A stretch of 64,000 nucleotides of DNA from Verrucomicrobiota bacterium (GCA_047947115.1 CP170459.1:4704001-4768000), one strand, 5' to 3'. Positions 1 to 10,774 are shown, counted from the first letter of the stretch. Numbers and translations: made by a program. The notes: generated by a model from the letters alone, not told the origin.

Positions 1-3000
1 AGCGCTTCCACAGTGGCGGCGAAAAGGTGGATGACGGATTTCTCACCGCATCCGAGACACGCGCCATCACCGCTGCCGAAAGCGAGGTAATTGTCCTTAT
101 TCAGCAAAATGGTTTCCAACGCTCCGATGCCTTCCTCCAGATCGTCCACTCGGATGAAACGTTTCGGGGTATTGGGGAGATCCATCCAGAAATCCCAATT
201 CCTGCGCAATGTCTCCACGGATTGTTTGGTTTGCATCACAGGCCGTAATGCATGGTCGTTGCACACAGCCACGCATTCCATGCATCCTTTGCAGGTGTAT
301 GGATTGACCGTGATACTGAGCAGACCGCCTGAACCGGGTGTTTTGCTCTCATGATTGGTGTAGTAAGGTCGTGTCAGCGCAAATTGGAATCCGTTCAGTT
401 CCTCTTTGAACAGACCAAATTCCTGTTCCAACCCGGAACGCTCATCGTCGGAAAGTTCCTTGTTGGCTAGGGTTTTTGCAATGGCTTCGTCCAACATACC
501 GGCCACGTTGTCCGTTTCCATGGCTTCGGAGAAGATGCCCCGCAAGTGCTGTTCCATTTCACGCACCGCTTTGGAAAGGTGCGGAGCTTCCTTGCCATGC
601 TTGCGCAGCCGGGAAATCACGGTGTCAAACATCGGCGTCACTTCGCTGACCAACCCGGGAATGGCTGTATCCGGACACACGGTATAACAGGAACCGCAAG
701 CCGTGCAGTTATCAGAAATCCATTCCGGATACTGGAAACGAATGCCGGTCATATCTCGAAACACCGTGGACATGGCTGGCATCACGGCCAATCCTGTGAA
801 TGGATCGGTGATACGGTCTGATCCCATGCCCCGGGCGTAGAAACTGCCCACCTGTTCCCAGAAGCGGTGTATATCGGTCAATGCATCTTCACTTTGAGGC
901 ATCCGTTTGAGCATGACCGGCAAGGCGGGTTCGGCGGGCACGGAGGCCTTCTGGATGGCCGTATCCGTCATGGAACCGTAGGCCACTTCCTTCACTTCAT
1001 CCCACCCACGTTTGACGACACGCATGTTTTCCTCAACGATGCGGGCACCTTTGGCTCCGAACTTTTTCTGGATTTGTTTATAGATGGCGTCCAGCAAAGT
1101 TTCCTCGCAAAGACCTGCCTGTTTGGCCACGGGCGATGCTGCAAAGAAGGCTCCCTGGAAGGCGATGCCCTGCATGCGCAGTTGCAGATCCGGATCACTG
1201 GCTTCGGTCCGGGCAATTTTAAAAGCATCCAGATAAAACAAGTGGATCTTTTTATCGACGATCACCCTGCGGTAATAAGATGGAATATTGGCCCAAAGAT
1301 CTTCGGGGGTTTCCTGATCACCTTGAATAATCAACACACCACCTTCCTTCAACCCAGCCAGAGCATTGGTATGTTGAAAAACATTTGGATCCGGGGAAAG
1401 GACCACATCCACGTAAAAGTATTCGCAATTCACCCGGATCGGTTCAGGGGCCGCCGACAAGTAGTAGGTCGTGGGCTGCCCCTTTTTTTCGGAACCATAC
1501 TTGGGATTGGCCTTGATATGATAATCCAGCAATGCATATAGCGTCATGGCCAGATTCTTACCCGTGGTGATTGCCCCCCATCCACCGACCGAATGAAACC
1601 GCACCGTGATGCTACCCTCGGGCATCAAGTTCGGGTTCTCCGAACCGCGCACTGCCAGGTTGGCGATGTGCGGGTATGCTTCCATCAGGTTTTCCTGATT
1701 CAGTTTCTGTTTTGGGCTGACTGGTTTTTCATGGATGAAATCAATCGACAGGTAAAAAAACTTCTTCCGTGCTCCATCCGGAAGCATATTTTCAATGGCC
1801 CCGACAATGCCTTCCGGTTGCAGATCCCGACTCCCCATCCCAAAGGACCCGGAAAACAATGCCGGAGCGTCCTCACTGGATGCATAACTCTCCAGTTCCG
1901 GAAAAGGCGGATGCTGCCCATCCCGGGCATTTTCCAGACAACGGTTCAATGTGGCCCGGGTTTCACGCATGACCGGCAGATCGATGGCCAGGGGCTGATC
2001 CAGTCGTTCCAGAACTACCACGCCTTTCTTGCCTTTCAACACCCGGCTCAGTAAATCGGCCGGAAATGGGCGAAACATCACCAGATCCACGACACCCACC
2101 CTGATCCCACGCGTCTCCCTCAGGTAATCGGCCACCACCTCTGCCGAAGGAACCACACTGCCCTGCCCGAGGATCAGGTATTCGGCATCTTCAGCCTTGT
2201 ATGTTTTCACACGATCATACCGACGGCCAGTCAAGGCATAAAACTCTTCAAAGGCCTGGTCTGTCAGTTCCCGTATATGATCAAAGAAGTAAGGACGCTG
2301 GGCGGCCACACTCTGCATGTAGGCATCCTGATTCTGCACCAGCCCGGCCATCATGGGGTTGTCCACGGTCCACATCTCCGGGATGCGTCGCCGTGCCGGA
2401 CCATAAATCATCCGCTGAGCGGGGGTTGGCGTATCAATGATGTCATCCGGCTTCCCGAGGTATTCCCGAATCAGTTCACGCTCGGGGATCATCAGAGATT
2501 CAATCAAATGGGTCGTCAGAAAGCCATCCTGAGCGATCGCGCCCGGGGTCAGGGACAACTCGGCGATGCGATGACAAATGATGTTCAAATCAGCGACCGA
2601 TTGAGCATCTTTGGCAAACAACTGAAAGAAGCCCGTGTCGTCTATACAATGATAATCATCATGTCCGGCATGCACGTTGAGGTTGGCCTTGGTCATGGCC
2701 CTGGCTCCGATGTTCAACACATAGGGCAGGCGTTTACCGACGGCGGCGTAAAGGGATTCGTGCATGTAGGCGATTCCCTGACCGGAAGAGAAATTGATCG
2801 CCCGAAGTCCGGTCATGGACAGACCTGCGGTCACTGCCGCAGCAGCATGTTCGCCTTCCGGTTCGATAAAAATCAATGGACGACCGGAAATATTAAGATG
2901 CCCCGTAGCTGCAGCCTCCGCCCAGTATTCGCCCATTTGCGTCGAGGGCGTGATCGGGTATGCGCCCGCCGCGTCGCTGGATTCTCTTTCGCACATGATG

Positions 3001-3068
3001 ACGGCAGTATTGCCGTCGACTGCCACTTTTCTTCCCGGGTATTTGAACACTTGCTCTTTGGTTTTCAT
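1..3068 (-). CDS. Pyruvate/2-oxoacid:ferredoxin oxidoreductase, single-chain NifJ/PFOR type (runs off left edge)
   Basis: Hand translation: N-terminus MKTKEQVFKYPGRKVAVDGNTAV...AYPITPSTQMGE...EGEHAAAAV; ferredoxin motifs CTACGSCYTVCP and CKGCMECVAVC; GDGACLGCGE of the TPP-binding domain near position 40-80 in the same frame. Missing from the ORF track because there is no stop in the window. Alternative ATG at 3074. Confidence 0.92.
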   Translation of the reverse strand, partial: MKTKEQVFKYPGRKVAVDGNTAVIMCERESSDAAGAYPITPSTQMGEYWAEAAATGHLNISGRPLIFIEPEGEHAAAAVTAGLSMTGLRAINFSSGQGIAYMHESLYAAVGKRLPYVLNIGARAMTKANLNVHAGHDDYHCIDDTGFFQLFAKDAQSVADLNIICHRIAELSLTPGAIAQDGFLTTHLIESLMIPERELIREYLGKPDDIIDTPTPAQRMIYGPARRRIPEMWTVDNPMMAGLVQNQDAYMQSVAAQRPYFFDHIRELTDQAFEEFYALTGRRYDRVKTYKAEDAEYLILGQGSVVPSAEVVADYLRETRGIRVGVVDLVMFRPFPADLLSRVLKGKKGVVVLERLDQPLAIDLPVMRETRATLNRCLENARDGQHPPFPELESYASSEDAPALFSGSFGMGSRDLQPEGIVGAIENMLPDGARKKFFYLSIDFIHEKPVSPKQKLNQENLMEAYPHIANLAVRGSENPNLMPEGSITVRFHSVGGWGAITTGKNLAMTLYALLDYHIKANPKYGSEKKGQPTTYYLSAAPEPIRVNCEYFYVDVVLSPDPNVFQHTNALAGLKEGGVLIIQGDQETPEDLWANIPSYYRRVIVDKKIHLFYLDAFKIARTEASDPDLQLRMQGIAFQGAFFAASPVAKQAGLCEETLLDAIYKQIQKKFGAKGARIVEENMRVVKRGWDEVKEVAYGSMTDTAIQKASVPAEPALPVMLKRMPQSEDALTDIHRFWEQVGSFYARGMGSDRITDPFTGLAVMPAMSTVFRDMTGIRFQYPEWISDNCTACGSCYTVCPDTAIPGLVSEVTPMFDTVISRLRKHGKEAPHLSKAVREMEQHLRGIFSEAMETDNVAGMLDEAIAKTLANKELSDDERSGLEQEFGLFKEELNGFQFALTRPYYTNHESKTPGSGGLLSITVNPYTCKGCMECVAVCNDHALRPVMQTKQSVETLRRNWDFWMDLPNTPKRFIRVDDLEEGIGALETILLNKDNYLAFGSGDGACLGCGEKSVIHLFAATVEA

Positions 3069-3129
3069 GGGCATCTATCCATTCAATTGAGTCCTGTTAA
3101 AATGATGAGTGCGTTGAGTCTTGTCTGGG

Positions 3130-4002
3130 TCAGGTTGGAGCGTCTCGAAGCGACCCCTTTCGAATAATTTTTCCGGCAGACTGTCCCCGCTGAGGGCCTT
3201 GTATCGGATCCAGCCAGACAATCGCGCCTGTCGGGCAACGTTGTGTGGGACCATCGGTAAGCGGGCCCTTCGAGTAGTCAACAACAGGCAGATTTCCCTT
3301 CATTTCAATACATCCCGGCGCATCCATGGCGCACCCTCCACAGGCCGTACAACCCACTTGGCAATCTTCCAGAATGCCGTCACCTTCTTCCTGAGAACGA
3401 CATGCCACCCAGAGCCGGTTGGTTTGGATTTGAAGGGAAAAAAGATCTTTCGGGCAGGCGACAACACAGTCGCCACAGGCAGTGCACCGATCTTCATCAA
3501 CGACCGGAAGGTGGTGAGCGTTCATATGAATGGCGTCAAAATCGCAAGCCACCTCGCAATCCCCAATTCCCAGACATGCCCAAAAGCAACCTTTCCCACC
3601 GCCAGCAACCAGAGCAGCCGCTGAACAGGAAGAAAGCCCGACGTAATGCGCTTGATTGCGTGCCACATTACTGCCTCCCGCACACGCAAGCCTTGCCACC
3701 ATTTTAGCTTCGGCTCCTACATCAACTCCCAGATAATCCGCGATCCGCTCATGATCCGATTCGGAGCCCACTGAACATTTACCTGGAAGAACCTTTCCAC
3801 CAACGAGAGCTTCAGCAAAAGGCCGGCAGCCGGGAAAACCGCACCCTCCGCAATTGGTACCCGGCAGCATCTCCTCAACCGCATCAATACGAGGATCATC
3901 TTCCACATACAGCCAATGCGTTGCTGTTACCAGCATGGTGGCGAGAATCAAAGTAATCCCACCCAGCATGGCAACGTTGGTCAAGATGTTCGTCCAGTTC
4001 AT
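3130..4002 (-). CDS. rnfB: RnfB-like membrane-anchored polyferredoxin
   Basis: N-terminal TM helix, LPGTNCGGCGFPGC motif, CLGIGDCEVAC, CTACGDCVVACP and CTACGGC clusters. Confidence 0.85.
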   Translation of the reverse strand: MNWTNILTNVAMLGGITLILATMLVTATHWLYVEDDPRIDAVEEMLPGTNCGGCGFPGCRPFAEALVGGKVLPGKCSVGSESDHERIADYLGVDVGAEAKMVARLACAGGSNVARNQAHYVGLSSCSAAALVAGGGKGCFWACLGIGDCEVACDFDAIHMNAHHLPVVDEDRCTACGDCVVACPKDLFSLQIQTNRLWVACRSQEEGDGILEDCQVGCTACGGCAMDAPGCIEMKGNLPVVDYSKGPLTDGPTQRCPTGAIVWLDPIQGPQRGQSAGKIIRKGSLRDAPT

Positions 4003-4082
4003 TTAGAAAACAATGGCTCCTGTTCCTGGGGTTGAATTTGATTTGTTATACTCATTCATATCATTCATTCATTGAATCCTGC

Positions 4083-4098
4083 TGCCCGAGACTTGCCA
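4083..4098 (-). promoter_or_regulatory. Possible sigma54 (-24/-12) promoter for rnfB-PFOR
   Basis: Minus strand TGGCAAGTCTCGGGCA has GG-N10-GC spacing, about 80 nt upstream of rnfB. Lacks the TT before GC. Confidence 0.35.
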
Positions 4099-4435
4099 AA
4101 GATCGGCATTTTTTTGGTTTTCACTCAGCAGGATTTGGAAAGTCTGTTGGGTTCATAAAACACACAACAACGAAACGAGCCCGGTCCTGATCGAACCGCT
4201 GGAACCACTGCAGACGTACACGGCACCAAGAAAAGCCAGCCCATCCCAAGTTCCCATCGATGACGGATACCAGGCAGGGCGATCTGGCCAAAATCCAGCT
4301 TTATAAGAACAAGATCAGACCAGATACCCCTCGGCCACCATGTTAGCCTAGCTAATAGCAGACATATCGACGTCCGCTTCAAAGGCTGAAGCTGGAATCA
4401 GAATCGAACAAACAGTCTGCGGGAGGACAAAGGAT

Positions 4436-5311
4436 ATGAGCATGACAACTTCTTCAAAAGACGCTGGCCATAACAACGAAGGCCCTCAGAACCCATCCGA
4501 ATCCAATCAGGTTTCACTGACGGATTTTGTGCAAGCTTTGGCAGACGGCAATATTGCCGAAGCCGCCCGCTTGCTCCGGGCAACCCACCCCGAACGAGCC
4601 AGACAGCTTTGGCCGATGAGAATTGGCCACCTCATCGGGTTTGTCGATAAATGGCAGACATCGCATTCGGAAACATTGCCAGATGTCAAACCTTGGCGTC
4701 CCCAACGTGTTGCCATTGTCGGAGCAGGCACAGCGGGACTGGTATGCGCCGGCAACCTGGCACGTCAGGGCTACCCGGTCACCATTTACGAAGGAGTGGA
4801 ATCTCCCGGCGGAGTGCTTCGCTTCAACGGCGCCAAGTCGATGCTGTCCGAGAAAGTTCTCAATTGGGAAACCAGCGTGCTCAAACGACTGGGAGTGGAA
4901 ATCCATTGCAATGCCATCGTTGGTGAAACTTTGAAGCTGGAAGACCTCGTCCACAACATGAATTTCTCAGCCGTCTTTATTGCGGTTGGATCAGGTCTGG
5001 CTCACAGTCTGGAGGGCGGGCGTGAAGCGGCCCCCTTGGCACTGGATGAGGTCCCGGACCATCCGAACCGTAAAGGAGCGTTGATTGTTGAAGAAGGCAA
5101 ATGCCTTGGGGATGAAAACCCCGTGGACGCATTGGAACATGCGCGTGCCGGAACCGCCTCGGTGGTCCAATCCGCCAGCGCAGGAAAAAATGCCGCTGCC
5201 ACCATCCACAAAACACTCAGTGAGGAAGAACTGCTTCAAGCCAAACTGGATGAAGAATGGGATGCTTTCCTGGCTTGGTGCAATCAGGAAGAGCATATGG
5301 CTCATGAATGA
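4436..5311 (+). CDS. Shortened GltD/SudA/NfnB-like FAD/NAD(P)-binding protein lacking the Fe-S cysteines
   Basis: VAIVGAGTAGL...LARQGYPVTIYE...PGGVLRF, FSAVFIAVGSG and C-terminal GTASVVQSASAGKNAAATIH match the family. No CxxC or CGRVC motifs. Confidence 0.7.
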   Translation: MSMTTSSKDAGHNNEGPQNPSESNQVSLTDFVQALADGNIAEAARLLRATHPERARQLWPMRIGHLIGFVDKWQTSHSETLPDVKPWRPQRVAIVGAGTAGLVCAGNLARQGYPVTIYEGVESPGGVLRFNGAKSMLSEKVLNWETSVLKRLGVEIHCNAIVGETLKLEDLVHNMNFSAVFIAVGSGLAHSLEGGREAAPLALDEVPDHPNRKGALIVEEGKCLGDENPVDALEHARAGTASVVQSASAGKNAAATIHKTLSEEELLQAKLDEEWDAFLAWCNQEEHMAHE

Positions 5312-5364
5312 ATCCAGGAAATTCCTCATCAGGGAAATTTCGTTGGAATAAGTTCGCTCTCTGA

Positions 5365-6873
5365 TCAATTCCTCAGACGGATGGGGCCGGGATGGTTGAT
5401 TTCCGTCGCTTTTCTGGCGGCACCGGGCATTTCAGCATGCGGATTGCGGTTGCCGCCATTTGGAACTTTCCCGGCCGGAATGATCTTGTCTCCTTCAATT
5501 GCCGGAGGAGCATGTCGATGTGGAGTGGGGTTGTCGGGTATCGTGTCCCCTGTTTGTTCAGTCCAGGTAACAAGCAATTCTCGGGCTTGATTCAGCTGTG
5601 CCTTGTAGCTGGGATGAGTCGCGAGATTGGTAAACTGATTGGGATCCTGGTTCAGGTTGAACAGTTCTTCGGCAGGACAAGGATTGGCGAAAACCTGCTG
5701 TTGTCGGGGCGTGGTCTTACCGGCTGCATGGGCTTCCCATAAGGCTCGTCCGGCGGGATAATGCGTGTCGGATTCATAGCACAGGTTGGGTTGATCGGGA
5801 TAATTGTTTTTGATGTAAACAAAATCACCAAACCGCACCATCCGTTCGTGGTTCTTGTAAACATGCCAGTTGTGTTCTGAGAACACCATCTGTCGCACTT
5901 CTGTCTTCGGGTCTTTCAGAATCGGCACAAAACTACGTCCCTGGATACTGGCTTGTGGATCAATTCCAGCCAGCTCCAGACATGTCGCACTGAGATCAAT
6001 CACACTGATGAGGCTCTTGCTCACAGCAGGTGCCTGAATCATGCGGGGAAAGTGAACCACCCATGGGGTTTTGATTCCGGTGTCATAGAGACGTGATTTG
6101 CATCGCGGAAAAGGTCGTCCGTTATCCGCTGAAACAACGATGAGGGTGTTTTCAAGAACACCCTGCCTCTTCAACTCTGCCACGACTTGTCCGATGAAAT
6201 GGTCATATCGACTCACCTCGTGGTAATATCCGGTCAAATCCTCACGCGTCACCGCATCATCGAACAGGTAAGGAGGTATTACGATGTCATCCAGACCGTA
6301 AACAGGCGCGTCATCGCTCCTGGCCCAGTCCCGGTGAGCATCACTTGCCGCAAACCAGAAGAAAAAGGGACGATCCTTCGGGCGATCCTGAACGTGCTTC
6401 ACCCAATCAGCTTCCTGACCGGGGCCGCCTCCGTTGGTGATGCGATCAAATGAGCGATCTTTGTTGCCAAACATGTGGTTTTTACCGGAAAGCACGGTAT
6501 AATAGCCGACTTCCCTCAATAACTCCGGAAACCGTACCTGCTCCTCAGGTAATCGCACATGAAGTTCCGGTGCGCCGGTGTTGTGGGGATATCGACCGGT
6601 AATGATGCTGCAACGACTGGGACTGCAACTACTGGTGGTCAAATACGCATTATCAAAACGCATACCACCAGCGGCCAAGGCATCCGTGTGAGGCGTTTTG
6701 ATGGTCGGATGCCCGTAACAGCCAAAATCCTCCTGTGATACATCGTCGGCTATGAAGAAAACGATGTTGGGGAGTCGTGAGGTTTTGTCGGGTGCCGGAG
6801 TGGCTTCAACTTGAATCCATGAACTGGCTCCGAGCAGAAAAACACATGTCAAAAAAAAGAAAAAGCGCTTCAT
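5365..6873 (-). CDS. Secreted formylglycine-type sulfatase (sulfamidase-like)
   Basis: Signal peptide, PNIVFFIADD, CSPSR motif, GKNH, ADNG. Confidence 0.93.
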   Translation of the reverse strand: MKRFFFFLTCVFLLGASSWIQVEATPAPDKTSRLPNIVFFIADDVSQEDFGCYGHPTIKTPHTDALAAGGMRFDNAYLTTSSCSPSRCSIITGRYPHNTGAPELHVRLPEEQVRFPELLREVGYYTVLSGKNHMFGNKDRSFDRITNGGGPGQEADWVKHVQDRPKDRPFFFWFAASDAHRDWARSDDAPVYGLDDIVIPPYLFDDAVTREDLTGYYHEVSRYDHFIGQVVAELKRQGVLENTLIVVSADNGRPFPRCKSRLYDTGIKTPWVVHFPRMIQAPAVSKSLISVIDLSATCLELAGIDPQASIQGRSFVPILKDPKTEVRQMVFSEHNWHVYKNHERMVRFGDFVYIKNNYPDQPNLCYESDTHYPAGRALWEAHAAGKTTPRQQQVFANPCPAEELFNLNQDPNQFTNLATHPSYKAQLNQARELLVTWTEQTGDTIPDNPTPHRHAPPAIEGDKIIPAGKVPNGGNRNPHAEMPGAARKATEINHPGPIRLRN

Positions 6874-6942
6874 GAGATTTACGGGCTATACCATTACTTG
6901 TATGAGAAAAAGTTTCCAACCATTGATGAACCTCCCTTGCAG

Positions 6943-7848
6943 TCAATGATTCAGCGAATTTTCGCCTGTCAATTGGGCAACAAACCAATCAGCCATCACA
7001 ACCACCTCTTCACGAATACTTGGCCAGGGATGCCCCCCACCCTCCTTGATGATGAGCTGAGCGCTGACATTGTGTTGCTGCAGTGCTTTGACCAGTGCCT
7101 GGGACTGTTGCAAGGGAACCACCGGATCCGCATCACCATGAATCACCAAAAACGGAGGTGCTTGTTGATGAACGAGCCGGGCTGGTGAAATCGAAATTGA
7201 TTGCTCACGCACTTGTTGATCAGTGGGTTTCTCACGGAATTCTCTGAACACCAGGCTTCCCAGAATCTGATGAAGTCGACCTTCCTTTCTCGGATCAAGC
7301 GCCACCCCCCCGTAATCCAGAAAGTCGGTCGGGGGAAAAAACACGCCCACCGCAGAAACGGATGCATCCTTGCCGGAGTCCTGACGCATCTGGGTCACCG
7401 CAGTCAGACTTGCCAAGTGCCCGCCAGCGGAAGCCCCTATCAATCCAAGCTTTGATGGGTTAAAATTCAGGTCATCCGCCTGATGCTTCACCCAGCGAAT
7501 ACCCGTTTCGACATGGGCTTTCATGTCATGCGCGGAAAAGTGAGTGATCGACCCGGGACGGAGCGCAAACACATAAAAACCTCTTTTGCAAAGTTCCTCA
7601 AAAAGTCCGGAGCGATCCAGATCCCGAATCTTTCCACGATCAGAATGCCAAGCGCCGCTTGCCACAACAACGATGGCATGACCATTTGATTTTTGATTCG
7701 GAGAAAAAATATCGGCCACCAACGCCACACCGTGAGCCTGATGATAAATCACATCAAGCTGTTGCTGATAGGAAGCATTTGATTCCCCTGAGGCGGACCC
7801 CCTTGTCAGGTAAAGGCACGCGATGACCCATGGAATTAACTTTTGCAT
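6943..7848 (-). CDS. Alpha/beta hydrolase (esterase, BD-FAE-like)
   Basis: GASAGGHL nucleophile elbow, IHGDADPVVP, GGGH. Start placed at MQKLIPW (signal-like); ORF is open to 7911. Confidence 0.88.
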   Translation of the reverse strand: MQKLIPWVIACLYLTRGSASGESNASYQQQLDVIYHQAHGVALVADIFSPNQKSNGHAIVVVASGAWHSDRGKIRDLDRSGLFEELCKRGFYVFALRPGSITHFSAHDMKAHVETGIRWVKHQADDLNFNPSKLGLIGASAGGHLASLTAVTQMRQDSGKDASVSAVGVFFPPTDFLDYGGVALDPRKEGRLHQILGSLVFREFREKPTDQQVREQSISISPARLVHQQAPPFLVIHGDADPVVPLQQSQALVKALQQHNVSAQLIIKEGGGHPWPSIREEVVVMADWFVAQLTGENSLNH

Positions 7849-7962
7849 AAAGAATTCGGATAGCATCACCTTTGAATATCGTTTTGACAAGCAATACACA
7901 CAGGCCGGCAACCCTTGGGATCCGGTTCGGAACAGCGGAAACGCATCCTTATCGTTGAATCA

Positions 7963-8065
7963 GGGCAGGACTCCGCTGCCGCGGAGCCGCGGGCGCGTTG
8001 GGGTCCACGAAGGTCTGCTGAGTTGAGCGGACATAAAACCGAACGCGCGACAGCGCGTCCCTACC
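7963..8065. repeat. REP/REPIN-like palindromic element
   Basis: Intergenic. Right arm reads GGTAGGGACGCGCTGTCGCGCGTTC on the minus strand (GTAG plus palindrome); left arm GGGCAGGACTCCGCTGCCGCGGAGCC is a second palindrome facing it. Confidence 0.6.
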
Positions 8066-8128
8066 TGTGCCAATTGGCTGGGGTGCTTTTCCTTCCAGTT
8101 TGAATCGCACCCGGAACTTTGAACAGAA

Positions 8129-10774
8129 TCAATCGATCAGATACCGTTCAAACAGATCCCATATTCTACGATATTCATCCAACCAACTCGAAGGCTCCTT
8201 GAAGCCGTGTGGTTCGACGGGATAAATGGCAATCCACCAGTTTTGTTTCTCAAGTTCGATCAATCGTTGAACCAGACGAACACTATCTTGAAAGAAAACA
8301 TTGTCATCCAGCATGGGAGCGCAGATGAGCAGCGGCTTCCTCAATCCACTGGCAAACTCAATGGGGGAACTCCGACGGTAAGCTTCGGGGTCAAGTTCGG
8401 GCGTGTTCAATATCCTGGAAGTGTAGCCGTGGTTGTATTGCGCCCAATCCGTAACCGGCCGCAATGCGGCGCCTGCGGCGAACAGGTCGGGCTCGTTAAA
8501 CAGAGCCATCAAGGTCAGGAAGCCTCCATAGGACCCACCGTAAACACCGATTTGATCACGGTCGACGTCGTGATGCTCAACCAGCCAGTTTACGCCGTCA
8601 CGCAAATCTTCCAACTCAACTGATCCCATGTGACGATAGATCGCCGTTCGCCAATCACGCCCATAACCGGCTGAAGCTCGATAGTCCATATCAAGCACCA
8701 CAAACCCTTTCTCGGCCAGAAAGGAGTGGAACATGAACTCACGAGAATAACCGGACCACCCCTTATGCGCGTTCTGAAGGTAACCGGCTCCATGAACAAA
8801 GAAAACAGCAGGACGTTTTTTCAAGGAGGTATCGGGAGGAAGATATAATCGCGAATGGATCGAAGGCGCTCCATGACTCGAAGGCACCTCAACATGTTTT
8901 GGAGCAATCCAGGATCGACGCATGAAAGCTTCACTGACGGTATCCGTCCGTTGTTCCGCAGAAGCCGATGGCCGGGCGGGTTGCACAAACAACTCCGGAG
9001 GCCGGACGGCCGTCGAGTGGGTGATCAGCAACTGTGTTCCATCGGGAGATAGCGTGGCAGACGACATGCCGCCAAGGTTCGTGATCTGTTCCACTTGACC
9101 ATTTTTCAATGCAACTCGATAGATCTCGTATTGCCCCGGATGTTCTTGATTGGCTCTAAAATAGACATGCTCCCCATCAACGGACAACTGAGGTTCTGTC
9201 ACGATGTAACGCCCCTCCGTAAGCGCTTTCGCCTCCAGCATGGGGCCGTCATGCCCGCCTGAATGAATGGATGTTACATCCACCAGATAAAGATGCGCGT
9301 AGCCGGTTTCCTCCGACTGATACCAGACCTGGCTGCCATCACGCGACCAGCCATATTCGTTATGCCGCCAGTTTATCCAGGCCGAATCATGCAGGTGGTG
9401 AAGGGTTCGGCAATCACCAGATTCCAAATCGACGGAAACAATCCAGCGATCCTTGTTGTCAAACGACACTGCTTGAAAAATCAAGCCGGAACCGTCCTGA
9501 TTAAAGAGCAAAGAACGAAACTCAACAGCACGCGGTTTGTTTTCAGAATCTGCCGGGAGGGTTTTCCCTTTTGATCCCTCCGGCTGCTTCTCCTCATCAT
9601 CAGGTGATTCATCGAGGGTTTTAGAACCAACCGGGCCGGTTTGTTTTTCGAATTGTTTATTGCGATCCTTCGCCCGTTTCTCCGCAAGCATCCTGAGATC
9701 CTCCACCGGATCCTTGGCTATGTCAGTCAACGCATCCAATACAACTTCAACCACCGTCCGCGTATCCCGGTTGAGCAGCATCAGCTTGGAATGGTAGGGT
9801 TTCACGGTTCCGACCCTGGATCGCACATCGCGGGTTTCAATTTCTCCACTATGCGTTACCCAGGAAGGCATTTTGGTTTGGGAAGGTTTCGGACGCTTTT
9901 TGGGCAGCAATACCAGGGCCAAATGCTTCCCCGAAGGACTCATGGTCGCTGATCCCAATTCGAATTCATCACCTAGATAAAACGGCGTCCCTGCCAGAGC
10001 GGGATCTTCCATGTCCTTGAGCTGTTGTTCAACTTCCTGCAAGTTCCTGTCTCTTTCATTGTCCTTGATGATGTCAAAGAGCCTTTCCTCTTTCCGTGCC
10101 AGCAACGTTGCCTTTTTCTCCTCATCCAGTTTTTGTTCATCAGGAGATTTTTTAAACACGAACGGAAAGGGTTCATATTCCAGCCCTGTTCCGATATCAC
10201 GAACCAAAAAAGTATCCCCACGACGAAATCCGATCGAACCATCGGTTAACAACAACGGTTGACGTTCTGTTGAAGAGGTTCGCGTGAGTTGGGTGATGGC
10301 GCCGGTAGTCAAGTCACGGTGATAAACATCACCTTCACGGATGTAAACCTTTTCAACGAAGCGTTGTTCCTTCGGGTCATATCGCCAATCACCACCCGCT
10401 ACGGATGCTTCGGCGGCATGATTCGGTGTCACACGTATCGCTTGTGCCTTGTCAACGGCGCTGGCACGGTACAAATCACGAACAGTGCTTCCAGGACGCT
10501 TCTGCGAATAATAAAAATGTTCGCTCCCATCCCCCCAGTAAGGATTCTCGGGCTGACGCCCCAGCCAATCCTGGTCAGACATGATCAATTCCAGGGAAAA
10601 GGCCTTCCCGGCGGTCAAATCCTCCTTCTCATGCAGTGATTCCTGTCCCCGGACAATGCATCCGGAAACAAGAACAAAAACAAAGACCCGGGCCAGGACC
10701 AGATCCGGGAAGCATTTCCTTTTATTGAAAAGACCAGGCGAAGTTCTTCTGTGATAACGATGTATCAGGTCCAT
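8129..10774 (-). CDS. S9 family peptidase (dipeptidyl-peptidase IV-like propeller plus catalytic domain)
   Basis: VHGAGY, DYRASAGYG, GGSYGG, DDNVFFQD, EPHGF catalytic motifs. Confidence 0.93.
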   Translation of the reverse strand: MDLIHRYHRRTSPGLFNKRKCFPDLVLARVFVFVLVSGCIVRGQESLHEKEDLTAGKAFSLELIMSDQDWLGRQPENPYWGDGSEHFYYSQKRPGSTVRDLYRASAVDKAQAIRVTPNHAAEASVAGGDWRYDPKEQRFVEKVYIREGDVYHRDLTTGAITQLTRTSSTERQPLLLTDGSIGFRRGDTFLVRDIGTGLEYEPFPFVFKKSPDEQKLDEEKKATLLARKEERLFDIIKDNERDRNLQEVEQQLKDMEDPALAGTPFYLGDEFELGSATMSPSGKHLALVLLPKKRPKPSQTKMPSWVTHSGEIETRDVRSRVGTVKPYHSKLMLLNRDTRTVVEVVLDALTDIAKDPVEDLRMLAEKRAKDRNKQFEKQTGPVGSKTLDESPDDEEKQPEGSKGKTLPADSENKPRAVEFRSLLFNQDGSGLIFQAVSFDNKDRWIVSVDLESGDCRTLHHLHDSAWINWRHNEYGWSRDGSQVWYQSEETGYAHLYLVDVTSIHSGGHDGPMLEAKALTEGRYIVTEPQLSVDGEHVYFRANQEHPGQYEIYRVALKNGQVEQITNLGGMSSATLSPDGTQLLITHSTAVRPPELFVQPARPSASAEQRTDTVSEAFMRRSWIAPKHVEVPSSHGAPSIHSRLYLPPDTSLKKRPAVFFVHGAGYLQNAHKGWSGYSREFMFHSFLAEKGFVVLDMDYRASAGYGRDWRTAIYRHMGSVELEDLRDGVNWLVEHHDVDRDQIGVYGGSYGGFLTLMALFNEPDLFAAGAALRPVTDWAQYNHGYTSRILNTPELDPEAYRRSSPIEFASGLRKPLLICAPMLDDNVFFQDSVRLVQRLIELEKQNWWIAIYPVEPHGFKEPSSWLDEYRRIWDLFERYLID

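Noticed and set aside
27..3167. Long plus-strand ORFs (867-1541, 1593-2054, 2277-3167)
   Set aside because: Antisense shadows of the PFOR gene.
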